Assembly (NCBI GenBank): GCA_963790205.1
Contig: CAWBNQ010000014.1
Coordinates: 64,001-128,000 of the forward strand
Origin: Nitrospirota bacterium
GTDB taxonomy: Bacteria > Nitrospirota > UBA9217
Direction: 5' to 3'
Length of the DNA stretch: 64,000 nt
The notes beneath the pieces were generated by a model. The model was not told the origin of the DNA, made no database searches, and saw only the letters and a program-made list of their open reading frames with translations. Position 1 is the first letter of the stretch; each line of letters opens with the position of its first letter. This document shows positions 41,970 to 54,605 of this stretch, one piece after another. The position numbers were made by a program, and so were the translations under genes.

Positions 41970-43082
41970 TTACCGTTCCACCACGATCCTGAGCATTCTC
42001 CGGAGCGGCTCTGCCGCGCCCCACAGGAGCTGGTCCCCGCAGGTGAAGGCATTCAAGAACGTCGGTCCCATGTTCATCTTGCGGAGCCGCCCCACCGGCA
42101 CGGTCAGGGTACCCGTTACCGCCGCAGGGGTAAGTTCCTGGACCGTTCTGTCGCGCTGGTTCGGGACGACCTTGGCCCACTGATTGTGCTTCGCAATCAT
42201 GTCAGTGATCTCGTTCAGCGGCACGTCCCTGGTCATCTTGATCGTAAGCGCCTGGCTGTGGCAGCGCATGGCGCCCACGCGTACGCAGGTGCCGTCGATG
42301 GGGATCGGCTTGTCCTCGCGGCCCAGGATCTTGTTCGTCTCGGCCTGGCCTTTCCACTCTTCCCTGCTCTGGCCGTTCTCGAGCTGCTTGTCGATCCAGG
42401 GAATGACAGAGCCTGCCAAAGGCGCGCCGAAAAACTCTTTAGGATAGGCATCGGAGCGGATATGGTCCGACACCGCGCGGTCGATCTCCAGGATCGCGCC
42501 TGCCGGGTCGTCCAGGAGGCTTTTTACCGCTCCATGGACCGAACCCATTTGTTTCAACAGTTCGCGCATGTTGTTCGCGCCCGCGCCCGAGGCCGCCTGG
42601 TAGGTCATGGCGCTCATCCATTCCACAAGCCCGCGCTCGTACAGGCCGCCCAGGGCCATGAGCATGAGCGACACGGTGCAATTGCCGCCGATGTAGTTCT
42701 TGACGCCCTTTGCCAGGCCGTTCTTGATGACGTTCAGATTGACCGGATCGAGGATGATGATGGAATCGTTCGTCATGCGAAGGGTAGACGCGGCATCGAT
42801 CCAGTAGCCCTTCCAGCCCGCTTCACGCAGCCTGGGGTACACCTCGGTCGTGTACTCTCCTCCTTGACAGGAGACGATGATCTCCATCGACTTCAGCTCA
42901 TTGACGTTCTTTGCGTCTTTGAGCGCCGGGACATCCTTGCCGATCTTCGGCCCCCTGCCGCCCACGTTCGAGGTGGTGAAGAACACCGGATCGATAAAAT
43001 TAAAATCCTTTTCCTCGTTCATGCGGCCCATGAGCACCGAGCCCACCATGCCGCGCCAACCGATAAAACCCACTCGCATCAT
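41970..43082 (-). CDS. asd: Aspartate-semialdehyde dehydrogenase (E. coli type)
   Basis: [40 protein letters not shown]. Confidence 0.96.
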   Translation of the reverse strand: MMRVGFIGWRGMVGSVLMGRMNEEKDFNFIDPVFFTTSNVGGRGPKIGKDVPALKDAKNVNELKSMEIIVSCQGGEYTTEVYPRLREAGWKGYWIDAASTLRMTNDSIIILDPVNLNVIKNGLAKGVKNYIGGNCTVSLMLMALGGLYERGLVEWMSAMTYQAASGAGANNMRELLKQMGSVHGAVKSLLDDPAGAILEIDRAVSDHIRSDAYPKEFFGAPLAGSVIPWIDKQLENGQSREEWKGQAETNKILGREDKPIPIDGTCVRVGAMRCHSQALTIKMTRDVPLNEITDMIAKHNQWAKVVPNQRDRTVQELTPAAVTGTLTVPVGRLRKMNMGPTFLNAFTCGDQLLWGAAEPLRRMLRIVVER

Positions 43083-43156
43083 TGCCTAGCTCCTGATCAA
43101 GATTTTTACTTTCACGTCTGCCGTCCGGGCTTGACCGGGGACCGGAAACTTTTGCT

Positions 43157-43825
43157 TCAGACGGGCTTTCGAATGACCCCTAATTTCCCGTGCATCACCT
43201 GTCCGGGCCGATTCAATTCCTTCATGAATTCCTTATATGCCTGATCCGATCCATCCCACCGCATATGCAAGGGATCGCAGTCGTCCACGATCATAATCCC
43301 GCCCGGGCTCAGCATTTCATACAGTTCGGGCAGGGACTTTTTTATAGGCCGGTACAGGTCGACATCCAGCAGGATAAAGGACAGGGGGCCCAGGGCGGCG
43401 ACATCGAATTTATTGATGTCTGCTTCGAACGAACGGACCCGGTCGATGTCGTTCGACCGCATGGTCCCGTCGAACCATTTCTTCTTATTCACTTGAAACC
43501 GCTTGAACAGCTTTTCACTTTTCCCCCGGTTCGCCACTTCATACCGGACATCATCGACGACAAAGCCGGAAAACGTATCAATGGTGTAGTAGGCCTTTTC
43601 GATATTCTGGCAGGTCATGTACTTATTGAGAAATATTGTTGTTAATCCATTCGCGCATCCAACTTCCGCAATCGAACCCGCGATGTGTTTGGTCTCCTCC
43701 ATGCATTGACACAGGAAGCATAATTGGGGGGGAGTAAAATTATAGAGATATTTCGGGAAAAAATACCGCCTGAGAGGAGTATGGAACAGTATTTCCCTCG
43801 TCAACTTTTGAAAGCTTGCAATCAT
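43157..43825 (-). CDS. TylF/MycF/NovP-like O-methyltransferase
   Basis: GSIAEVG, IDTFSGF, LDVDLY, GGIMIVDD. Confidence 0.8.
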   Translation of the reverse strand: MIASFQKLTREILFHTPLRRYFFPKYLYNFTPPQLCFLCQCMEETKHIAGSIAEVGCANGLTTIFLNKYMTCQNIEKAYYTIDTFSGFVVDDVRYEVANRGKSEKLFKRFQVNKKKWFDGTMRSNDIDRVRSFEADINKFDVAALGPLSFILLDVDLYRPIKKSLPELYEMLSPGGIMIVDDCDPLHMRWDGSDQAYKEFMKELNRPGQVMHGKLGVIRKPV

Positions 43826-43921
43826 TCGGGCCTCTTCCTTCTAAAATCTGCTCGCATCATTGCATTGCTCCTGCTTTTTATATTTTTACTACGAGCTATG
43901 AACTCGGAAATATGAACTGCC

Positions 43922-44998
43922 TTAAACCATCCCCGCCACCATGTCCCCTACTTCGGTTGTGGACATGCCCATCTTCCCGGCGGCCTGGCTCTTCATCTTC
44001 TTCATCGTCGATATCATGGCCGCCTCGATCGCCTGCGCGGACTTCGTTTCGCCGAGCGAGTCGAGCATCATCATCGCCGCCCCGATCGCCGCCATGGGAT
44101 TGATCACCTTCTGGCCCGCGTACTTCGGCGCGCTGCCGCCCATGGGCTCGAACATGGAAACGCCCTCGGGGTTGATGTTCCCGCCGGACGCAACGCCCAG
44201 ACCGCCCTGGATCATGGCGCCGAGGTCGGTGATGATGTCGCCGAAGAGGTTCTCCGTGACCGCCACGTCGAACCATTCGGGGTTCTTCACGAACCACATG
44301 TTCGCGGCATCGATGTGGTTGTAGTCGCGCTTGAGCTCGGGATACTGCTTCGCGCCCATCTCTTCGAACGCGCGGTACCAGAGGTCGCCGCAATGGGTCA
44401 GCACGTTCCGCTTGTGGATGAGCGTGATCGGCTTTGCCGCGTACTGCGGGTCCTTGGCATTGCGCTTCTTTTTCAGTTCAAAGGCATACTTGAGACAGCG
44501 GTCCACCGTGCGACGGTCGTAGACCATGAGCTGTGTCGCGATCTCCTCGGTCGTACCCACGCGGGTTGCACCGCCGTGGCCCGTGTAAATGCCGCCCGTG
44601 TTCTCGCGGATCACCACGAAATCGATGTCCTCGGGTCTCTTGTCCTTGAGCGGGGTCTCGACGTTGGGATAGAGCTTCACCGGCCGGAGATTGATGTACT
44701 GGTCGAGGGCAAAGCGTATCTTGAGCAGGATCCCTGCTTCGAGGATGCCGGGTTTCACGCCGGGATGCCCGATGGCGCCGAGGAACATTGAGTCGAACTT
44801 TTTGAATTCGGCGATCGCGCTGTCGGGAAGCGTTTCCCCGGTCTTTAAGTAGCGCGCGGCGCCGAAGTCGAACTCGCTGAACTCGAGTTTGAACCCGTTC
44901 TTTGCGGCGGAGGCCTTGACGACTTTTACCGCTTCTCGAACGACCTCGGGGCCGGTCCCGTCCCCGGGGATCAATGCGATCTTGTAGGTCTTTGCCAT
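43922..44998 (-). CDS. leuB: 3-isopropylmalate dehydrogenase
   Basis: GDGTGPEV, NLRPVKL, RENT, NLFGDIITDL, FEPMGGSAP. Confidence 0.93.
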   Translation of the reverse strand: MAKTYKIALIPGDGTGPEVVREAVKVVKASAAKNGFKLEFSEFDFGAARYLKTGETLPDSAIAEFKKFDSMFLGAIGHPGVKPGILEAGILLKIRFALDQYINLRPVKLYPNVETPLKDKRPEDIDFVVIRENTGGIYTGHGGATRVGTTEEIATQLMVYDRRTVDRCLKYAFELKKKRNAKDPQYAAKPITLIHKRNVLTHCGDLWYRAFEEMGAKQYPELKRDYNHIDAANMWFVKNPEWFDVAVTENLFGDIITDLGAMIQGGLGVASGGNINPEGVSMFEPMGGSAPKYAGQKVINPMAAIGAAMMMLDSLGETKSAQAIEAAMISTMKKMKSQAAGKMGMSTTEVGDMVAGMV

Positions 44999-45024
44999 GA
45001 ATGAAGGTTCCTTTCAGAAAATTC

Positions 45025-45051
45025 CGTCATTCCCGCTTTCCTGGAATGACG
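45025..45051. repeat. Short copy of the GTCATTCC...GGAATGAC palindrome
   Basis: CGTCATTCC-CGCTTTCCT-GGAATGACG. Confidence 0.65.
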
Positions 45052-45077
45052 AACTATATACATACCAAGAGACGAAC

Positions 45078-45287
45078 CTATCGTTTCCTCGCGCTGCAGT
45101 TGTTGGTCCGCATCTCACTACACCCTTTGTCTCCGGGAATAAAATCGAGCGAGCAACCGTTCTCCGGGGAATCGCCGGCCCCCTTGTCCTCATACAGCGA
45201 ACGGTCAAGGTTCATCGAGTGATAAACGCAGGTATCGCAGTGCGGATCGTCGGTCTGCTGCTGTTTGCGGGGTTGCAGTGCTTTCAT
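45078..45287 (-). CDS. Small Cys-rich hypothetical protein
   Basis: CDTCVY...CSLDF.PGD..C......CS; co-directional between leuD and leuB. Confidence 0.5.
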   Translation of the reverse strand: MKALQPRKQQQTDDPHCDTCVYHSMNLDRSLYEDKGAGDSPENGCSLDFIPGDKGCSEMRTNNCSARKR

Positions 45288-45308
45288 CAACTTGAAACAC
45301 GCTGTCAA

Positions 45309-45806
45309 TTACAGGCCTGCCTTCTTCTTCGTATATGCCATAAGACCGCCTGCCGCGATGAGTTCCTGCATGAACGGCGGCACGGGGGCCACCCTGAACA
45401 TTTTATTCGACGTAAGATTACGGACCACTCCCGCATCCGCATCCACCTCGATCTGGTCGCCTTCTTTGATGCCGTCAACGGCCTCCGCGCTCTCGAAGAT
45501 CGGGAGCCCCATATTGAAGCAGTTCCGGTAGAAGATCCGTGCAAAGCTCTTGGCCACGACGCAGGACACGCCTGCGGCCTTGATCGCTATCGGCGCATGC
45601 TCGCGGGACGAGCCGCACCCGAAGTTCTTCTCGGCAACGATGATGTCCCCGGGCTTCATTTTCTTCACGAAGTCGGGGTTGGTCGAGTCTTCCATGCAGT
45701 GCTTTGCCAGTTCTTTCGGTTCCGAGGTGTTCAGATACCGCGCCGGAACGATCGCGTCCGTGTCGATGTCGGCCCCGAATTTCCATGCATTGCCTTTGAA
45801 TTTCAT
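45309..45806 (-). CDS. leuD: 3-isopropylmalate dehydratase small subunit
   Basis: DIDTDAIVPARYL, NFGCGSSREHAP, SFARIFYRN. Confidence 0.96.
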   Translation of the reverse strand: MKFKGNAWKFGADIDTDAIVPARYLNTSEPKELAKHCMEDSTNPDFVKKMKPGDIIVAEKNFGCGSSREHAPIAIKAAGVSCVVAKSFARIFYRNCFNMGLPIFESAEAVDGIKEGDQIEVDADAGVVRNLTSNKMFRVAPVPPFMQELIAAGGLMAYTKKKAGL

Positions 45807-45870
45807 GTGATAACCTCGTATGTTCAAACCGTTCAAACAGTTTAAACCGTTTAAACCGCTTGAACCATTT

Positions 45871-47130
45871 TTATTTCAATTCTTCGGGTCTTCCGATCCT
45901 GCCGAGCACCGCAGACGCCGCCGCTATGGCCGGGTTTGACAGATAGACCTCGCTCTTGGGATGGCCCATCCTGCCCACGAAGTTCCGGTTCGTGGTGCTT
46001 ATGGAACGCTCGCCGGACGCCAGAATACCCATGTGGCCGCCCAGGCACGGGCCGCATGTCGGCGTGCTGAATGCGGCACCCGCATCAATAAATACGTCCA
46101 CAAGGCCTTCGCGAATGCACTGTTTGTAGACCGCTTGCGTGGCCGGGATCACGATCATACGCACGTAGGGATGGACCTTGTGCCCTTTGATGACCTTGGC
46201 CGCCTCGCGCATGTCCTCGATCCGGCCGTTCGTGCAGGAGCCCACAACGGACTGGTCGATATTGATCGCCGCAAGCTGGCTCACGGGCTTTACGTTCTCC
46301 GGCAGGTGCGGGCAGGCGATCTGCGGCTCCATGCCGGTCAGGTCGTACTCGCGCACGTCCGCGTAGTTCGCCTTCTTGTCGCTCTTGTAAAACTTATACT
46401 TGCGCCGTGCGCGCTTCGACACATATTTCTCGGTGATCTCATCGGGCTCGATGATGCCGTTCTTGCCCCCTGCTTCGATCGCCATGTTGCAGATCGTGAG
46501 CCTGCCGGACATGGGGAGTTTTTTGATCACCTCACCGGTAAACTCCATGGCCCGGTACAGTGCGCCATCCACACCGATGTCGCCGATGGTCTTGAGAATG
46601 ATGTCCTTGCCGCCGACCCACGTGCCGAGTTTTCCCTTGTAGATGAACTTCATGCTCTCCGGCACCTTGAACCAGGCCTCGCCGGTGATCATGGCCGCTG
46701 CCACGTCCGTGCTGCCCACGCCCGTCGAGAATGCGCCCAGGCCGCCGTAGGTGCAGGTGTGGCTGTCCGCGCCGATCACCACGTCGCCGGGGACCACGAT
46801 CCCCTGCTCCGGAAGGAGCGCGTGCTCCACGCCCATCCGGCCGACCTCGAAGTAGAGCGAGAGGGCATGCTCCCGCGCGAACTGACGAAGCAGGCTGCAC
46901 TGTTCGGCGGACGCAATGTCCTTGTTCGGCGCGAAGTGGTCGGGAATAAGCGCGATCCGGTCGGGATCGAACACCTTTTTGGCGCCTGCGGCGCGGAACT
47001 CCTTGATCGCGATGGGCGCGGTGATGTCGTTCGCGAGCACCAGGTCCAGTTTCGCGTTGATCAGTTCTCCCGGAACGACTTCTTTTTTGCCGCAGTGAGC
47101 GGCGAGTATCTTTTCCGTTATGGTCATCAT
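45871..47130 (-). CDS. leuC: 3-isopropylmalate dehydratase large subunit
   Basis: [31 protein letters not shown]. Confidence 0.96.
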   Translation of the reverse strand: MMTITEKILAAHCGKKEVVPGELINAKLDLVLANDITAPIAIKEFRAAGAKKVFDPDRIALIPDHFAPNKDIASAEQCSLLRQFAREHALSLYFEVGRMGVEHALLPEQGIVVPGDVVIGADSHTCTYGGLGAFSTGVGSTDVAAAMITGEAWFKVPESMKFIYKGKLGTWVGGKDIILKTIGDIGVDGALYRAMEFTGEVIKKLPMSGRLTICNMAIEAGGKNGIIEPDEITEKYVSKRARRKYKFYKSDKKANYADVREYDLTGMEPQIACPHLPENVKPVSQLAAINIDQSVVGSCTNGRIEDMREAAKVIKGHKVHPYVRMIVIPATQAVYKQCIREGLVDVFIDAGAAFSTPTCGPCLGGHMGILASGERSISTTNRNFVGRMGHPKSEVYLSNPAIAAASAVLGRIGRPEELK

Positions 47131-47196
47131 AGATTTTTGAATATACAATATCCCCTGTTCAGATTCAACTGTTTTCTGGTTTTGTTTTTACCCTAC

Positions 47197-48729
47197 TTAG
47201 CTGCTCTTGCCTTTGCCTTTTTTCCAGTGTTCCAGTTTGTTCAAAGCATTCACGTACGCCTTGGCGCTTGCTATGATGATGTCCGTGTCCGCGCCGTGGC
47301 CTGCAACCTTTTTGCCGCCTTCTTCGACCTTCACGGTCACTTCACCCTGCGCGTCCGTACCGCCGGTGATTCCCTTCACGAGATAGGCCTCGAGCTTGCT
47401 TTTGGTGCCCGTCATCGCCGCGATCGTCCGGTATACCGCATCCACCGGTCCGTCTCCGGTACCCGTCTGCTTTACGAGCTTTCCATCCACCGCCATCTCG
47501 ACGGTTGCCGAAGGTGTTATTCCCGTCCCGCTCTCGGCACGGAGGTTCTTGAGCACATACACCTCGGTGATGTGCTTGACCTTGTCGGAAATAAGGGCCT
47601 CGATGTCCTCATCGTAGACTTCTTTTTTCTTGTCCGCCAGGCCGAGGAACGCCTCATACACCTTCTCAAACTCAGCGTCCGGCAGGTCGCTTCCGAGCTC
47701 TGCGATACGGTGTTTAAGGGCATGCCGCCCGGAACGGGCGGTCAATATAATGGAGGAGCCGCCTGCGCCGACGTCCGCGGGATCTATGATCTCGTAGGTC
47801 GATCGTTCCTTCAAGACGCCATCCTGATGAATGCCGGACGAGTGGGCGAAGGCGTTCGCGCCTACGATCGCCTTGTTCGGCTGTATCATGATGCCCGTGA
47901 TCGACGACACCAGCCGCGATGCGCGCATGAGCTCCTTGGCATTAATGTTCGTGTCGGCGTTGAAATAGGCTCGTCGCTGGCGCAGCGCCATGACGACCTC
48001 TTCCATCGCGGTGTTCCCGGCGCGCTCGCCGATGCCATTGATCGTACATTCTACCTGGGTTGCGCCGTTCTTGACTCCCGCGAGCGCATTGGCGGTGGCC
48101 ATGCCCAGGTCGTTATGGCAATGAACGGATAGGGTAACCTTTTCCGCACCCGGCACGTTTTCCCTGATTCCGCGGATAAGTGCCCCATACTCCTCGGGAT
48201 AGGTATAGCCGGTCGTATCGGGAATATTGACGACGGTAGCGCCGGCCTTGATCACCGCATCTACCATGCGGTAGAGAAAAGCGGGTTCCGCACGGCCCGC
48301 GTCCTCGGCGTAGAACTCCATATCGCCTACGAATTTACGGGCGAGCTTTACCGCGGCAATTGCGCGTTCCAACGCCTCTTCCCGGCTGATCCGCAATTTG
48401 TGCTGAAGATGGCTTTCGGAAACGCCGATCCCGGTATGGATCCGGGGCCGTTTGGCCGTTTTGAGCGCATCGGCCGCGACTTCAATGTCTTTTGCAATGG
48501 CGCGAGACAGGGCGCATACCACAGCGGCATCGCCTACCTCTTCGCCGATTTTTCGCACACTCTCGAAATCACCGGGGCTCGAGATCGGGAATCCGGCTTC
48601 GATAACGTCGACGCCGAGACGGACGAGTTGCCTGGCAATCTCGATCTTTTCCGCAGTGTTCATGCTCGCGCCCGGGGACTGTTCCCCGTCGCGGAGCGTC
48701 GTGTCGAATATTTTGATGATGGTGCTCAT
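47197..48729 (-). CDS. leuA: 2-isopropylmalate synthase
   Basis: [34 protein letters not shown], regulatory domain GPVDA. Confidence 0.96.
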   Translation of the reverse strand: MSTIIKIFDTTLRDGEQSPGASMNTAEKIEIARQLVRLGVDVIEAGFPISSPGDFESVRKIGEEVGDAAVVCALSRAIAKDIEVAADALKTAKRPRIHTGIGVSESHLQHKLRISREEALERAIAAVKLARKFVGDMEFYAEDAGRAEPAFLYRMVDAVIKAGATVVNIPDTTGYTYPEEYGALIRGIRENVPGAEKVTLSVHCHNDLGMATANALAGVKNGATQVECTINGIGERAGNTAMEEVVMALRQRRAYFNADTNINAKELMRASRLVSSITGIMIQPNKAIVGANAFAHSSGIHQDGVLKERSTYEIIDPADVGAGGSSIILTARSGRHALKHRIAELGSDLPDAEFEKVYEAFLGLADKKKEVYDEDIEALISDKVKHITEVYVLKNLRAESGTGITPSATVEMAVDGKLVKQTGTGDGPVDAVYRTIAAMTGTKSKLEAYLVKGITGGTDAQGEVTVKVEEGGKKVAGHGADTDIIIASAKAYVNALNKLEHWKKGKGKSS

Positions 48730-48896
48730 AGGTTCCTCCACGTCATGCTGCGAGAGCCTGACGCATGGTGCAGCTTTGTGAAACGGCACAGAAGTTCAGA
48801 AGATGGGAAGATAAGAAGATGGGGAAATGGCGGGAGAGTGGGCAAAACTTCTCATTTTCTCAACTTCGCAGCTTCCTTAATTGCTTTACCTTCTTG

Positions 48897-49646
48897 CTAG
48901 GCAGCGGCCGGCTTCCGTCTCCTGATCAGTTTGTACAGCGCCTCGGCTATACCGATCAAAACGTAGGAGATGGATACCAGGAACAGGACGAGCGCGGGAT
49001 GGTATGCCACAACTGCCAGAAATGCAGCCATGACGACCAGCAGCCCGAAGGGCCGGCGTTGCTTCAGGTTTGCTTCCTTCAGGCTGTGGTACGTGATGTT
49101 GCTCACCATGAGCCCCGCGAGAAGGAACGTCAGCGCCAGCACCCAGTAATCCTTCCCTACGGCGTCAGCGAGCCGCGCGAGGTTCAGGTGTTCGAGGATA
49201 TCAATGAAATCCTGGTAGGCGAGCACCGTGGTCGCGATCACGAGCGCCGAGGCCGGGATCGGCAGTCCCGAAAAGTGTTTTTTCTCCGTACTGCCCATCT
49301 GGACATTGAACCGCGCAAGCCGGAGCGCCCCGCAGGCAACGAGGAAAAAAGACCCCAGCCATCCAATGCGGCCGAAGGAGGAAAGCGTCCAGGTGTAGAC
49401 GAGGACGCCCGGCGCGACGCCGAAGGATATCACGTCGGCAAGCGAGTCGATCTCAATGCCGAAGCGCGTTGCCGTGTGAGTCATCCTCGCGACCCACCCG
49501 TCGAGTGCGTCAAAAACCGAGGCGATCAGGATGGCCCACGCGGCCCGTTCATAATCCGAGTTCAGCGACGCGATGATCGAATAAAACCCGGCGAACATGC
49601 TCGACAGCGTGATAAGGTTGGGGAGCACGTATATCCCTTTTCTCAT
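48897..49646 (-). CDS. pssA: CDP-diacylglycerol--serine O-phosphatidyltransferase
   Basis: LPNLIT, DALDGWVAR, FG.EIDSLAD.ISFG, RLARFN. Confidence 0.95.
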   Translation of the reverse strand: MRKGIYVLPNLITLSSMFAGFYSIIASLNSDYERAAWAILIASVFDALDGWVARMTHTATRFGIEIDSLADVISFGVAPGVLVYTWTLSSFGRIGWLGSFFLVACGALRLARFNVQMGSTEKKHFSGLPIPASALVIATTVLAYQDFIDILEHLNLARLADAVGKDYWVLALTFLLAGLMVSNITYHSLKEANLKQRRPFGLLVVMAAFLAVVAYHPALVLFLVSISYVLIGIAEALYKLIRRRKPAAA

Positions 49647-50287
49647 TTGAGCACCCCGATGACGTCCCGCGCCCCTTTGATCCTGTCGCCGACCTTCACT
49701 CTGAGTTCGGTTTCCTTCGGGAGGAAAAGGTCCACCCGCGAACCGAACCGGATCAGGCCGTAGCGCTCGCCCGCCTTGACCGCATCTCCGGGCTTGGCGT
49801 AGCACACGATGCGGCGTGCAATCAACCCGGCGATTTGTTTGACGAGTACCTTCCGTTTTCCGTTCGCAATGACCATTGCCGTCTGCTCGTTTTCCAGAGA
49901 GGCCTTATCGACCGAGGCCACGTGAAATCTGCCGGGGTTGTATTTGACGAGTTCAACGTCCCCTCCGCACGGCGCACGGTTCACGTGCACATTGAACACG
50001 GAAAGAAAAATGCTGACCTGCTTCACGTCCTGCTTCAGGTAATCGGGCTCGTAGATGTCCTTGATCACGATCACACGCCCGTCAGCCGGCGAAACCACGA
50101 TGTCCTTGCCCTGGGGGACCGTCCGCTCGGGGTCCCGGAAAAAGAACAGGACGAAAAGCGTCAGCACCAGCGCGGCAACGCCGGCATCCTTCCCTCCCAG
50201 CGCAAAGAGAAGGACCGTGGCGATTGCGAGAGGGACGATAAACGGCCAGCCTTCGGCAGCCACGGGTATTCCGTAGTTTTTCATCAT
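49643..50287 (-). CDS. psd: Phosphatidylserine decarboxylase proenzyme
   Basis: FFRDPER, SPADG, FNVHVNR, RFGSRVD cleavage site. Confidence 0.95.
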   Translation of the reverse strand: MMKNYGIPVAAEGWPFIVPLAIATVLLFALGGKDAGVAALVLTLFVLFFFRDPERTVPQGKDIVVSPADGRVIVIKDIYEPDYLKQDVKQVSIFLSVFNVHVNRAPCGGDVELVKYNPGRFHVASVDKASLENEQTAMVIANGKRKVLVKQIAGLIARRIVCYAKPGDAVKAGERYGLIRFGSRVDLFLPKETELRVKVGDRIKGARDVIGVLK

Positions 50288-50299
50288 ATCGAAAACCTT

Positions 50300-50442
50300 T
50301 TCACCACAGAGAACACCGAGAGATGCTAAAGCAAAAGGATAAAACGTATCCGCAGATTTCGCAGATACTATATTTGAGAAAACAGCTACGGACTAACATA
50401 GCCATTCTCTGTGTCTCTGTGTCTCTGTGACCTCTGTGGTTC
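50300..50442. repeat. Inverted 8/9-nt-period array (CACAGAG / CTCTGTG)
   Basis: ACCACAGAGAACACCGAG...CTCTGTGT CTCTGTGT CTCTGTGAC CTCTGTGGT; internal CGCAGATTT CGCAGAT. Confidence 0.75.
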
Positions 50443-50452
50443 ATTCCTGGAA

Positions 50453-51508
<1,056 letters not shown>

Positions 51509-52144
51509 TTACTTCAATTTACTTTTCAGCTCTTCATCGGCAAAGATCTGGTCGATCGCGCCCGTCAGTGCGTCGGAAAGCGCCTTTTCCACAAAATCGG
51601 ACGAGAAAGCGACGTTCTGGCGCTCCATCCTGCTGTCGACGTTCAGCACCCGGATGATTTTCTTCTGCGCCAGGTCCGCCACGGAGATGCGAAGCTGCAC
51701 CTCCGCCGTGTAGGTCGTGTTCGCAAACCGAGACCTGGTATCCACCCAGAGTTTTTTGACCTCGCCGCTGATAAGAAGGTCCGCCCCGTTCGCGGGGAGT
51801 CCGGCTTCGGTCAGGTCCCATGCAGGAAAGTCCTTTTCCGCGATCCCGCGCGCCTTGAGCGCGCTTTTCAGGGCCGCCGTCACTCTGTCGACTGCTATGC
51901 CCTGCACCACCAGATCGTTCACCTGATCACTCGATTCAAGGGAGCGCTTTCCTATGACCGACGCGACTTTTCCGCGATCATCCCGAAAGGGACTTACGCC
52001 GACGGTCGCCTTTACGGCCCCGGCGCCAGCGCCCTGCGGCGGCTGGTACTGAAAATCAACAAGAAGAGGACCTTGATGCACGCAGGCCGACAAAAAAACT
52101 GCCAGCACGATTGCGCCCCCGATGTGTCTGTATGAATATCTCAT
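51509..52144 (-). CDS. Lipoprotein of unknown function (YajG-like)
   Basis: Lipobox FLSAC; F.DDR motif; SD GGAG. Confidence 0.75.
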   Translation of the reverse strand: MRYSYRHIGGAIVLAVFLSACVHQGPLLVDFQYQPPQGAGAGAVKATVGVSPFRDDRGKVASVIGKRSLESSDQVNDLVVQGIAVDRVTAALKSALKARGIAEKDFPAWDLTEAGLPANGADLLISGEVKKLWVDTRSRFANTTYTAEVQLRISVADLAQKKIIRVLNVDSRMERQNVAFSSDFVEKALSDALTGAIDQIFADEELKSKLK

Positions 52145-52173
52145 GCCGTTCTCTCCTTCCGTTCTCGTTGGTT

Positions 52174-52647
52174 TTACTCCCGGGTAATGGCCACCTTGCC
52201 GGTCCGGACGATCTCTTTGATGCCGATGGGCCGGAGGAGCTCGATGATCGCCGCGATCTTCTTCTCGTCTCCCGTTATCTGGAACGTATAACTTTTTTGA
52301 GAGGAGTCGACGACGCGGGCGCGGAAGATATCGGCGATCCTGAGCGCCTCGGCCCGGTGCTCGGTCGGGGCATTGACCTTGATGAGGCACATCTCCCGCT
52401 CAACGTATTCCGTGTCGGCAAGGTCCGTCACCTTGATGACGTCAATGAGCTTGTTGAGCTGCTTGACGATCTGCTCCAGGATGCGCTCGTCCCCCTCCGT
52501 AACAATCGTCATCTGCGAGATCGTGGGATCGAGCGTGGGGCCGATCGAGATGGTCTCGATATTGAACCCCCTGCCGGAAAACAGCCCCGAGACCCGGGAC
52601 AGCACGCCGAATTTGTTTTCAACCAGGACCGATATGATATGTTTCAT
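52174..52647 (-). CDS. ilvN: Acetolactate synthase small subunit
   Basis: [40 protein letters not shown]. Confidence 0.96.
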   Translation of the reverse strand: MKHIISVLVENKFGVLSRVSGLFSGRGFNIETISIGPTLDPTISQMTIVTEGDERILEQIVKQLNKLIDVIKVTDLADTEYVEREMCLIKVNAPTEHRAEALRIADIFRARVVDSSQKSYTFQITGDEKKIAAIIELLRPIGIKEIVRTGKVAITRE

Positions 52648-52754
52648 CGTTTGCCCGCCTTAGCTTCATTGATCGTAGTTTTATTCCGCATTCCGGCTGC
52701 ACCCGGCCTTTTCGAGTGGAACCGCGAGAGCAGGGCGCATTCCGCAATCCGAAA

Positions 52755-54494
52755 TTACTTAACGGCTTTCAACTTCTTCTCTTCTTTTTTCTTCTCTTCC
52801 CCGAAGAGCATCTCGTTGATGGATGCGCCTGCCGGCACCATGGGGAAGACTTTCTCGTACCGTGCGGTGATGAAGTCCATGAACACGGTCCTCTTCGCTT
52901 TAAGGGCCTCTTTGAGCACGGGCACCACATCCACGGGCTTTGCCGCGCGCAAGCCGATGGCGCCGTAGGCCTCGGCCAGCTTCACGAAGTCAGGCGTGCT
53001 CCCGAGGTCCGTAGAAGAGTAGCGTTCGGAGTAGAACAACTCCTGCCACTGCCGCACCATGCCGAGATACCGGTTGTTCAGGATCGCGACCTTGACCGGG
53101 ATATTGTTCTCCACCGATGTGGCAAGCTCCTGGATATTCATCTGGATGCTGCCGTCGCCGGAAATGCTGAATACCTCCCGGCCCGGATTGGCAACCTTCG
53201 CGCCGATGGCTGCCGGGAACCCGTACCCCATGGTCCCGAGCCCGCCGGACGTGCACCAGTTCCTGGGCTTATCGAACTTATAGTACTGCGCGGCCCACAT
53301 CTGGTGCTGGCCCACGTCGGTCACGATGATCGCGTCACCGCGGGTGATCTCGTAGAGCTTCTCAACCACGAACTGCGGTTTAATGACGTCATCGGCATAT
53401 TCGTACGTAAGCGGCCGTTCTTCGCGCCAAGTCTCGATCTGCTTGAGCCAGCTTTTGCGGATCTGGTCCCAGGGTTCTTTGATATGGCGGAGTTCCTTGT
53501 TGAGGTCCACCATTACATGTTTCACGTCGCCTACGATCGGGATGTCCACTCGCACGTTCTTCCGGATCGAGGTCGGGTCGACATCGATATGGATGATCTT
53601 GGCCTGAGGCGCAAAACCCTCCACCTTGCCGGTCACCCGGTCGTCGAACCGCGCGCCGATGGCGACGATCAGGTCCGAGTTGTGAATCGACATGTTGGCA
53701 TAGTAGGTCCCGTGCATGCCGAGCATGCCGAGCGACAGCGGATGCGTGCCCGGGAACCCGCCGATGCCCATGAGGGTATGGGTCACGGGGATCTTCGTGA
53801 TCTCGGCAAACTCGAGGATCTCCGCTGCAGCGTTCGAGAGGATGACGCCGCCGCCGATATAGGCCACGGGCTTCTTTGCCTTGGCAATTGCCTCTGCCGC
53901 CTGTTTGATCTGCCACTTGTTGCCGAAGACCGTGGGATTATAGCTCCTGATCTCGACCTTCTCGGGATAATGGAACTCTGCCTTGTTCGTCACCACATCC
54001 CTCGGAAGGTCGATAAGGACCGGTCCCGGCCGGCCTGTCGAGGCCAGATAGAACGCCTCCTTGACGGTCTGCGCGAGGTCCTTCACGTCCTTGACGAGGA
54101 AATTATACTTGGTGCAGGGGCGCGTGATGCCGACGATGTCCGCTTCCTGGAACGCATCGTTGCCGATCAGGGCCGTGGGCACCTGGCCGGTAAAGACCAC
54201 GATCGGGATGGAATCCATATATGCCGTGGCAAGGGCGGTGACCACGTTCGTGGCGCCCGGGCCTGAGGTCACGAGGGCAACGCCGACCCTGCCCGTGGAC
54301 CTGGCATAGCCGTCCGCCATATGGACCCCTCCCTGCTCGTGCCGCGGCAGGATCATGCGGACGTCCTTCTGCTCGTAGAATACGTCGAAGATCTTGAGCA
54401 CGACCCCTCCGGGATAGCAGAAGAGCGTGTCTACTTTCTCCTTTTTCAGGCACTCGAGGAGTATTTCAGCACCGGTAATCTCTTTCGTGGACAT
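52755..54494 (-). CDS. ilvB: Acetolactate synthase large subunit
   Basis: [23 protein letters not shown]...NN TPP motif, MVRQWQ. Confidence 0.96.
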   Translation of the reverse strand: MSTKEITGAEILLECLKKEKVDTLFCYPGGVVLKIFDVFYEQKDVRMILPRHEQGGVHMADGYARSTGRVGVALVTSGPGATNVVTALATAYMDSIPIVVFTGQVPTALIGNDAFQEADIVGITRPCTKYNFLVKDVKDLAQTVKEAFYLASTGRPGPVLIDLPRDVVTNKAEFHYPEKVEIRSYNPTVFGNKWQIKQAAEAIAKAKKPVAYIGGGVILSNAAAEILEFAEITKIPVTHTLMGIGGFPGTHPLSLGMLGMHGTYYANMSIHNSDLIVAIGARFDDRVTGKVEGFAPQAKIIHIDVDPTSIRKNVRVDIPIVGDVKHVMVDLNKELRHIKEPWDQIRKSWLKQIETWREERPLTYEYADDVIKPQFVVEKLYEITRGDAIIVTDVGQHQMWAAQYYKFDKPRNWCTSGGLGTMGYGFPAAIGAKVANPGREVFSISGDGSIQMNIQELATSVENNIPVKVAILNNRYLGMVRQWQELFYSERYSSTDLGSTPDFVKLAEAYGAIGLRAAKPVDVVPVLKEALKAKRTVFMDFITARYEKVFPMVPAGASINEMLFGEEKKKEEKKLKAVK

Positions 54495-54605
54495 GTTTAC
54501 ACCCTTTTAAAATCTGGAAGTTGAGAAGATCCGAAGTCGGGAAGATGGGAACGGTAGCTTTTGTATCATAATCTTCCCGGCTTCCCAATTTCGTAACGTC
54601 CGTTT